Notes under the pieces: model-generated
Told to the model about the DNA's origin: nothing
The model's database searches: none
What the model saw: only the letters and a program-made list of their open reading frames with translations
Shown here: positions 46,599 to 53,660 of the stretch, one piece after another
How positions within the stretch are numbered: the first letter of the stretch is position 1
Layout of the letters: every line of letters starts with the position of its first letter
DNA from: Pseudodonghicola sp.
GTDB lineage: Bacteria > Pseudomonadota > Alphaproteobacteria > Rhodobacterales > Rhodobacteraceae
Direction: 5' to 3'
Length of the DNA: 64,000 nt
NCBI GenBank assembly: GCA_033791545.1
Contig: JASJGL010000159.1
Location: 18,298 to 82,297 of the forward strand
Program-made: the position numbers and the translations under genes

Positions 46599-47077
46599 GC
46601 GCGCGGGCGGGTCGGGCGGGTGGCTGGGGTTTTCAGCGGCGCGCGGCTATTGCCATTGCCCGCCAGCGTGGCCTTTTTCAACAGCGCCAGAAAAAGCTCG
46701 GCCTCCTCACTGTCCAGCCCGGTCAGGATATCGGGTTGCAGCGCATTCACATGTGGTCGCACCAGCCTTAACAACTCGGCCCCCTCGGCGGTCAGCGTAA
46801 GGGTCTTGGCGCGCCGGTCACTGCGCGAGGTGGTTCGTCGCACCAGCCCGCGCGAATCCAGCCGGTCGATGACCTTGCCCAATGTGGCTCGGTCATAGGC
46901 CACCAGCCCGGCCACCGTGGCCTGGTCGATGCCGGGATGGTCCCGGATCGCGCTGAGCGCGGCATATTGCACCGGGGTCAGGTTCAGTCCCGCCTGCGCC
47001 ATCCGGTCCATGAAAAGGGCCACGGAAATCTGGTTGAGCCGTCGGATCAGGTGCCCCGGAGTTGACTGGATATCCAT
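46595..47077 (-). CDS. MarR-family transcriptional regulator
   Basis: Trimmed to ATG 47077 (GGAGG upstream). LTPVQYAALSAIRDHPGIDQATVAGLVAYDRATLGKVIDRLDSRGLVRR. Confidence 0.85.
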   Translation of the reverse strand: MDIQSTPGHLIRRLNQISVALFMDRMAQAGLNLTPVQYAALSAIRDHPGIDQATVAGLVAYDRATLGKVIDRLDSRGLVRRTTSRSDRRAKTLTLTAEGAELLRLVRPHVNALQPDILTGLDSEEAELFLALLKKATLAGNGNSRAPLKTPATRPTRPRA

Positions 47078-47219
47078 ATTGCCTCCGGTTGTGCGGGCCG
47101 GGGCAATGATGACTTTTGTACGGGTATATTTCAAGTCTGCATCTCGCGGATCGGGTGCGATTTTCTCAATCCCCCATCGCCGCGCTTTTCCTTGCCCGCG
47201 TGGCGCGGTAGAGGGTCTT

Positions 47220-48290
47220 ATGCCCAAGGAATTTCACACATTGGCTGAGCTGCTCGATCACGGGTTCGATACCGTGATTGACGTGCGCAGCCCGGCGGAA
47301 TACGCCGAAGATCACCTGCCCGGCGCGATCAACCTGCCTGTGCTCGACAACGAGGAACGCGCGCGGGTCGGAACCATCTACAAGCAGGAGAGCCCGTTTC
47401 GCGCCCGCAAGATCGGTGCGGCGCTGGTGTTTCACAATGCCGCGCGCCACATAGAGACGGTGCTGCAGGACAAGACGGGCGGCTGGCGCCCGTTGGTCTA
47501 TTGCTGGCGCGGCGGTCAGCGGTCGGGATCGTTCACCTGGATGCTGGGCCAGATCGGTTGGCGTGCCGAGAGCATCATGGGCGGATACAAGACCTATCGC
47601 CGGCTGGTCTATCGCGTGCTCTATGAGGGGCGCTTGCCGCATCGGCTGGTGCTGCTTGACGGCTATACCGGCACCGCCAAGACCGATCTGCTGCATATCC
47701 TGGACCGACGCGGGGTGCAGGTGCTGGATCTTGAGGGGCTGGCGGCGCATCGCGGCTCGCTTCTGGGCGAGATGGCCACGCCGCAGCCCAGCCAGAAGGC
47801 ATTCGAGACGGCGATTGTCTGCGCGCTCAGCCGCTTTGACCCGGCGCGTCCGGTGCTGGTCGAGGCGGAATCGAGCAAGGTGGGGGAGCGGATGGTGCCG
47901 CCCGCGCTCTGGGCGGCGATGAAGGCCGCGCCCCGGATCGAGGTCGAGGCCCCGCTGGAGGCGCGCACCGCCTATCTGGTGCAGGCCTATGAAGATATCC
48001 TGTCGGATTCAGAGCGGCTCTACGCCAAGCTTGACCTGCTGCGCGCCCATCGCGGCCACGCGGTGGTGGATGGCTGGTTCGAGCGGATCGCAGAGGGCGA
48101 CAAACCGGGGCTGACCCGGGGGCTGATGGTCGATCACTATGACCTTGCCTATGCCAAATCGCGCAAGACGATCGGGGCCGAGGTTTTGGACCGGGTGGTG
48201 GCGGAGAGTCTGGACGGTGAGGGGCTGGAGGCGGCCGCGTCGGAGATCGAGCAGGCGCTTGCGGCCTGGGACGCGGCCACCCGCACGTGA
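47220..48290 (+). CDS. selU: tRNA 2-selenouridine synthase
   Basis: ORF 46917..48290 trimmed to ATG 47220. Rhodanese domain with the active-site loop YCWRGGQRS. P-loop GYTGTAKT. Confidence 0.88.
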   Translation: MPKEFHTLAELLDHGFDTVIDVRSPAEYAEDHLPGAINLPVLDNEERARVGTIYKQESPFRARKIGAALVFHNAARHIETVLQDKTGGWRPLVYCWRGGQRSGSFTWMLGQIGWRAESIMGGYKTYRRLVYRVLYEGRLPHRLVLLDGYTGTAKTDLLHILDRRGVQVLDLEGLAAHRGSLLGEMATPQPSQKAFETAIVCALSRFDPARPVLVEAESSKVGERMVPPALWAAMKAAPRIEVEAPLEARTAYLVQAYEDILSDSERLYAKLDLLRAHRGHAVVDGWFERIAEGDKPGLTRGLMVDHYDLAYAKSRKTIGAEVLDRVVAESLDGEGLEAAASEIEQALAAWDAATRT

Positions 48291-48346
48291 CGCTGGCGTG
48301 ACGCGGAGCGGGGGCTCTGCCCCCGCGCGCTTTGCGCGCTCCCCCG

Positions 48347-48368
48347 GAGTATTTTCAACAAGAAGAAG
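48347..48368 (+). repeat. Intergenic repeat family copy (GAGTATTTTCAACAAGAAGAAG), preceded by two GC hairpins
   Basis: gggggctctgccccc and gcgcgctttgcgcgc hairpins at 48311..48340, then ccccggagtattttcaacaagaagaagggg. Confidence 0.85.
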
Positions 48369-48402
48369 GGGCGGCGGCGCGAAGACGTGCAGGCGCCGGA
48401 CG

Positions 48403-50565
48403 TCAGGTCAGGCTCAGGTGCGGGGGGCCGGCGGTGATCTCTGCTATCCGCGCGGCGCCATAGCCGGCGGCGCGCAGCTGCGCGACCAGCGGTCCGGCCT
48501 GATCTGGCGCGACGGCGGCGAGCAACCCGCCGGCGGTCTGCGGATCGAACAGCAGATCAACGCGCGGGTCGGAAGGCAGCTCTGGCGCCAGCGCCTTGTT
48601 GTCCGGGAACAGGGTCGAGCGGTGCCCCTCCTGTGACAGCTCCAGCGCGCCGGGCATCAGCGGTACCGCGTCGAGGGTGAGCGTCGCCGCCACGCCGGAG
48701 GCTTCGCAGATGTTCAGCAGGTGGCCCGCCAGCCCGAAACCGGTCACGTCCGTCATCGCATGCGCGCCCGCCAGCAGCCGCGCGGCATCGCCCTGGGCCT
48801 GTGTCATCAGCGCATAGGCCGCCGCGATCCAGTCGCCACGCGCCGCCCCCAGCATCTCGGCCGCCATCAGCACGCCGGAGCCGATCGGCTTGGTCACGAT
48901 CACCGCATCGCCCGGTTGGGCCCCGGACAGCGTGATCGGATCGCGTTCCAGCAGGCCGGTGAGGGTGAAGCCGATGGTCAGATCATCGCCCATGGAGCTG
49001 TGGCCGCCGGCAATTTCGGCGCCCGCGTCGTGCAGCACCTCGCTGGCGGCCTCCATGATTTCGGACATGGTGCGGGCCTGAAGTGCGGGCGTCATGCGCG
49101 GCAGGATCAGCGTGGCCGTCGCCGCCTGCGGCGCGGCCCCCATCGCCCAGATGTCCCCCAGCGCGTGAACCGCCGCGATCCGGGCCATCAGCACCGGGTC
49201 GGGGGTGACCGCGCGCAGATGATCGGTGCTCAACACCTGCCGTACGCCGCCCAGGGTCAACAGCGCGGCGTCGTCCCCGGGCAGGGCCGTGATATCCTTG
49301 CGGGTCCCTTTGGGCAGGGCGGAGAGGGCTGCGCGCAGCGCCCCGCGCCCCAATTTGGCACCACAGCCGCCGCACATCGGCTTGTCGCCGGGCAATTCGT
49401 CAAGCCCGGCGGCGCGGATGCGCGGCGACGCGGGCTGCTGCATCGCAGGCAGGGCGCGGAACTTGTCCATGAATTTCTGGTCGATCCGGTCCTTCCAGCG
49501 CCAGATCAGCGGTCCGGAAAACGGCACCCCGAAGCGTTCGCCCAGCGCCGATTTGCCGCCCAGCGAGATCAGTTTCAGGTAATCCTTTTGCGGTCGATAG
49601 CGGTGCCGGGGCGGTTTGCCCTCGAGCGCGGCGCGCAGGTTGTCGAACAGGATTGGCGCCTCGCGCACCGCATAGACCCCGGCCTTGGGGCGCGGATCAA
49701 ACGACAGATGGGCGCAATCGCCGGCGGCAAAGACCGCAGGATCACTGCTGCGCAGATGCGCGTCGACGGTGATGAAGCCATCGGTCAGCGCCAGCCCGGT
49801 CTGTGCAACCCAAGGATAGGCGCGCGCGCCCGCCGCCCCGGTGGTGAAGTCGGAGGCAATGGTGCTGCCGTCGGCCAGTTCAACCCCCTGCACGGTGAGG
49901 GCGCTGACCTCGACGCCCTCGCGCAGCGTGATGCCAAGCCGCTGCATCGCGGCGCGCACCCGGTTTGCTGCACCATTGCCCAAGGCCGAAAGGGCGCGGC
50001 TGCTGTCGATCAGGCTCAGCTCTCCGAGTCTTCCGTTTGCGTGCAGCGCATGCGCCATGGCCAGGATCAGCTCGGCCCCCGCCACCCCGCCGCCGATCAC
50101 GGCAGCGCGTGCAGGGCCATCGCCCGCAAGGTAGCTTTGCCAGCGCGCCGCGAAGGGGCCAAGCGGCTTGGCCGGGATGCCATGCGCGGCAAAGCCGGGC
50201 AGGCTGGGCATGTCAGAAGTGATGCCGACATTGACCGAACAGAAATCATAGGCGATCGGCGGGCGACCGGGCACATGCACCAGCCGCGCCTCGGGGTCCA
50301 GCCCGGTACAGGCCCCAAGCACCACCCGCGCCCCGGCAAAGCGGGCCAGTTTCACCAGATCGATGTCCAGCGCATCGCGGTCATAGTGGCCGGCCACGAA
50401 CCCGGGCAGCATCCCCGAATAGGGCGCTGTGGGGCCGGGGTTGATCACCGTCAGCCGCGCGCCGGGCAGTGGGTCCATGCCCCATTTGCGCAGGACCAGC
50501 GCATGGGTATGCCCGCCGCCCACCAGAACGAGATCGCGGGTCAGGGGCGGTGGGAACTGGTGCAC
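48403..50565 (-). CDS. selD: Fusion protein: FAD/NAD(P)-dependent pyridine nucleotide-disulfide oxidoreductase domain plus selenide, water dikinase (SelD)
   Basis: N-terminal half: LVLVGGGHTHALV...AAVIGGGVAGAELILA...FAAGDCA. C-terminal half: PMCGGCGAKLG (Cys form of the SelD G-C/U-G-x-K motif), then the PurM-like fold (DDAALL...GGHSS...VTDVTGFGLAGHL). Confidence 0.88.
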   Translation of the reverse strand: MHQFPPPLTRDLVLVGGGHTHALVLRKWGMDPLPGARLTVINPGPTAPYSGMLPGFVAGHYDRDALDIDLVKLARFAGARVVLGACTGLDPEARLVHVPGRPPIAYDFCSVNVGITSDMPSLPGFAAHGIPAKPLGPFAARWQSYLAGDGPARAAVIGGGVAGAELILAMAHALHANGRLGELSLIDSSRALSALGNGAANRVRAAMQRLGITLREGVEVSALTVQGVELADGSTIASDFTTGAAGARAYPWVAQTGLALTDGFITVDAHLRSSDPAVFAAGDCAHLSFDPRPKAGVYAVREAPILFDNLRAALEGKPPRHRYRPQKDYLKLISLGGKSALGERFGVPFSGPLIWRWKDRIDQKFMDKFRALPAMQQPASPRIRAAGLDELPGDKPMCGGCGAKLGRGALRAALSALPKGTRKDITALPGDDAALLTLGGVRQVLSTDHLRAVTPDPVLMARIAAVHALGDIWAMGAAPQAATATLILPRMTPALQARTMSEIMEAASEVLHDAGAEIAGGHSSMGDDLTIGFTLTGLLERDPITLSGAQPGDAVIVTKPIGSGVLMAAEMLGAARGDWIAAAYALMTQAQGDAARLLAGAHAMTDVTGFGLAGHLLNICEASGVAATLTLDAVPLMPGALELSQEGHRSTLFPDNKALAPELPSDPRVDLLFDPQTAGGLLAAVAPDQAGPLVAQLRAAGYGAARIAEITAGPPHLSLT

Positions 50566-50589
50566 GGCGGGGATCCTCTTGGCGCTGGA

Positions 50590-50985
50590 TCAGCTGCGGT
50601 CGGTGGGCGCGCTGTCGCTCTTCTTCTTCTCGGGCGCGATATCATGGGTGGCCCATTTCAGGTCCTCCCCAGCCACTGGCAGGCTGTCGGGTGTTTCATG
50701 GCGGTGGATATGCGCCTTGGCAATGAAATTCGCCGTGATCGGAGCGGTCAGAAACAGGAACAGGGTGATCAAAAGCTCGTGCCAGGACAGGTGCCCCTCA
50801 TAGGCATAGGCATGCAGCATCGAGGCGATCAGCACGCCGCCGACCCCCAGCGTGGTCGCCTTGGTCGGGGCGTGCAGCCGCGACATCGCGTCGTCGAGCT
50901 TGATCAGCCCGAACGAGCCGACCAGCCCGAAGATGCCGCCGATGACAAGGAAGACCGCGATCAGGATTTCCAGTACTAGGTCCAT
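50590..50985 (-). CDS. mrpG: Monovalent cation/H+ antiporter subunit G (Mrp/Pha)
   Basis: Trimmed to ATG 50985 (AAGGAGG upstream). MDLVLEILIAVFLVIGGIFGLVGSFGLIKLDDAMSRLHAPTKATTLG. Confidence 0.88.
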   Translation of the reverse strand: MDLVLEILIAVFLVIGGIFGLVGSFGLIKLDDAMSRLHAPTKATTLGVGGVLIASMLHAYAYEGHLSWHELLITLFLFLTAPITANFIAKAHIHRHETPDSLPVAGEDLKWATHDIAPEKKKSDSAPTDRS

Positions 50986-50998
50986 GATACCCGCCTCC

Positions 50999-51268
50999 TT
51001 ATTCGATGATGTTGCCGCGCAGCATGAAGCGCGCATAGGCCACGGTCGAGACAAACCCCAGCATGGCGATGATCATCGCCGCCTCGAAAAAGATCTCGGT
51101 GCTGCGCGACAGCCCATAGAGGATCATCAGCGCGATGGCGTTGATCACCATGGTGTCCAGCGCCAGCACCCGGTCGCCGACACCCTCGGCGGTGGCGATC
51201 TTCCACAGGTTCATCAGGAAACCGAGGCCGAAGCAGGCGGTGGCGAAATAGGTGGCATAGGTGATCAT
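50999..51268 (-). CDS. mrpF: Monovalent cation/H+ antiporter subunit F
   Basis: 89 aa, three TM helices, in the expected position in the operon. Confidence 0.85.
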   Translation of the reverse strand: MITYATYFATACFGLGFLMNLWKIATAEGVGDRVLALDTMVINAIALMILYGLSRSTEIFFEAAMIIAMLGFVSTVAYARFMLRGNIIE

Positions 51269-51762
51269 TCGAAAATCTCCAACAGGCGACGCTCGTAGCG
51301 GTCCTTGATCTCGTCCCGCACCGCATCGGGGTCGGGCGCGTCAAGGCAATGGACCAACAGGAAATGCCCCCCGGCCGACAGATCGGCGCTGACCGTGCCG
51401 GGGGTCAGGGTGATGGTGCCGGCCAGCACGGTGATCGCCTCGGGGCTGCGCAGCTCCATCGGGATGCAGACCCAGGCCGGATGGCGATCAGCGTTGCGTT
51501 TGAACAGGACGATCCCGGCCACGACGACATTGGCGACGATGATGTCCCAGATCACGATCGCAAAGTATTCCACGATCTTCAGCGGGTGGTGCAACTCGGG
51601 CCGGTCGGTCCAGTACGGGCGGGTGAGAAAGGGGATCACGATGCCCAGCAGGAAACCGAACAGCAGCGAGTTCAGCGAATAGCTGTTGACCAGCAACAGC
51701 CAGACCGCGGTGAGCAGGCCGGTCAGATACGGGTGCGGGAAGATCCGGGAAAGCAGCCTCAT
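51265..51762 (-). CDS. mrpE: Monovalent cation/H+ antiporter subunit E
   Basis: 165 aa. 4-nt overlaps on both sides. An MnhE-like pattern. Confidence 0.85.
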   Translation of the reverse strand: MRLLSRIFPHPYLTGLLTAVWLLLVNSYSLNSLLFGFLLGIVIPFLTRPYWTDRPELHHPLKIVEYFAIVIWDIIVANVVVAGIVLFKRNADRHPAWVCIPMELRSPEAITVLAGTITLTPGTVSADLSAGGHFLLVHCLDAPDPDAVRDEIKDRYERRLLEIFE

Positions 51763-53315
51763 GATCCGGGCCTTTGCAGAACGGTTTCAATATAATCCGA
51801 CGGGGCAAAAAGCTGTGCGGCGGTTGCCTCGGTATAGCGCATCACCGGGCCGGCCAGAACCGTCAGCGCCACCAGCGCCGCGATCAGGGCAAAGACCGGC
51901 ACAAAGGCCAGACCGGGCACCGGTTCAGGGGCCAGCAAGGGATCCTTGTCGGCGGCGTCCTCCTCGTCCTCGGGGCGGGGGAAGGGCGCCATGCTGGCGT
52001 CATGGGGTTTCCAGAACAGGATGCTTCCGGCGCGCGACAAGCCCAGAATGGTGATCAGCGAGGTGGTCAGGATCACCGCCCAGATGGCCCAGACATGCGC
52101 ACTGGCGCGGGCGGCATCCATCACCAGCAGCTTGCCGACGAACCCGGACAGCGGCGGCATCCCGGCCATCGCGATGGCGCCGACGAAGAACAGTGTCGCG
52201 ATCAGCCCGCTTTGCGCCATCGGGGGCGTCGGCACCAGCGCGCCGCCGCGCCGCTCCAGCACCAGATCCGCGATGAGGAACAACAGCGCCGCCGTGAAGG
52301 TGGAGTGGATGGCATAATACAGCGCCGCCGCCGTGGCCTGTGGCGTGAACAGCGAAATGGCAATCAGCAGCGTGCCCATCGAGGTGATCGCGCCAAAGGC
52401 CACCAGCCGCGCCAGATTGCGTGACCCGAGGATGCCGAAAGATCCGACCGCAAGCGTCAGCAGCGCGGCAGGCAGCAGCCAGGTGCCCACCAGCCCGTCG
52501 GTGATCGCGACCCCGGGGCCGAACACCAGCGTGTACATGCGCAGGATGGCATAGGCGCCGACCTTGCTCATGATCGCGAACAGCGCCGCCACCGGCATCG
52601 GAGCATTGGCATAGGAGGCCGGCAGCCAGAAATGCAGCGGCAGCACGGCGGCCTTGATGGCAAAGACCAGCAACAGCAGCACCGCGCCGACGCGCAGCAG
52701 CGCGGTATCCTCGACCGGCAGTTCGGCCACCCGCACCGCCAGATCGGCCATGTTCAGCGTCCCAGTCACCGAATAGAGCGTACCGAGCGCGATCAGGAAC
52801 AGGCTGGAGCCCAGCAGGTTATAGACCACATATTGCACACCGGCTCTCAGCCGGGTGGTGCCGCCGCCGTGGATCATCAACCCGTAAGAGGCGATCAGCA
52901 GCACTTCGAAAAAGACAAAGAGGTTGAAGGCGTCCCCGGTCAGGAACGCGCCGAGCACCCCCATCAGTTGGAATTGGAACAGGGCGTGGAAATGGCGCCC
53001 GCGCGTGTCCCAGCCAGAGCCGATGGCATAGAGCACCACCGCCAGCGCCAGTACCGTGGTCAGCATCACCATCATCGCCGACAGCCGGTCCAGAACCAGA
53101 ATGATGCCAAAGGGCGCGGGCCAGTTGCCCAACTCGTAAACGGAAATCGTGCCGTCCATGGCGCTGGTCAGCAGCACCAGCGCGATGATGTTCAGCGCCA
53201 CGACCGAGGCAACCGAGAACACCCGTTGCAGGTCGCGGTGAAACCGCATCACCATGATAATGAAGGGCGCCACCACCGCCGGCAGGACGATGGGTGCGAT
53301 GATCCAGTGGTTCAT
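51759..53315 (-). CDS. mrpD: Monovalent cation/H+ antiporter subunit D (NuoN/ND2-like)
   Basis: 518 aa polytopic protein of the proton-conducting membrane transporter family. Confidence 0.9.
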   Translation of the reverse strand: MNHWIIAPIVLPAVVAPFIIMVMRFHRDLQRVFSVASVVALNIIALVLLTSAMDGTISVYELGNWPAPFGIILVLDRLSAMMVMLTTVLALAVVLYAIGSGWDTRGRHFHALFQFQLMGVLGAFLTGDAFNLFVFFEVLLIASYGLMIHGGGTTRLRAGVQYVVYNLLGSSLFLIALGTLYSVTGTLNMADLAVRVAELPVEDTALLRVGAVLLLLVFAIKAAVLPLHFWLPASYANAPMPVAALFAIMSKVGAYAILRMYTLVFGPGVAITDGLVGTWLLPAALLTLAVGSFGILGSRNLARLVAFGAITSMGTLLIAISLFTPQATAAALYYAIHSTFTAALLFLIADLVLERRGGALVPTPPMAQSGLIATLFFVGAIAMAGMPPLSGFVGKLLVMDAARASAHVWAIWAVILTTSLITILGLSRAGSILFWKPHDASMAPFPRPEDEEDAADKDPLLAPEPVPGLAFVPVFALIAALVALTVLAGPVMRYTEATAAQLFAPSDYIETVLQRPGS

Positions 53316-53656
53316 GCGTCCTCTCCGCCCTTGTCGGTCATGTTGATGCCGTCGTCACGCGCCGACAGGTACGAGCTGAGCGCGATCATCACCACCACGG
53401 CCGTCATCCCGAACGAGATCACGATCGCGGTCAGGACCAGCGCCTGCGGCAGCGGATCGGTATAGGAGACGTCGGCGTATTTGTTCAGGATCGGCGGCTG
53501 GTTCAGTGCCAGCCGCCCGGTGGCGAACAGAAACAGGTTCACCGCATAGGACAGCAACGACAATCCGATGATGACCGGAAATGTGCGTTGCCGCAGGATC
53601 AGGTAGATGCCGCAGGCGGTCAGGATGCCGACCGCGCTGGCCAGAAGGATCTCCAT
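53312..53656 (-). CDS. mrpC: Monovalent cation/H+ antiporter subunit C (NuoK-like)
   Basis: 114 aa, three TM helices. Confidence 0.88.
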   Translation of the reverse strand: MEILLASAVGILTACGIYLILRQRTFPVIIGLSLLSYAVNLFLFATGRLALNQPPILNKYADVSYTDPLPQALVLTAIVISFGMTAVVVMIALSSYLSARDDGINMTDKGGEDA

Positions 53657-53660
53657 CTGT

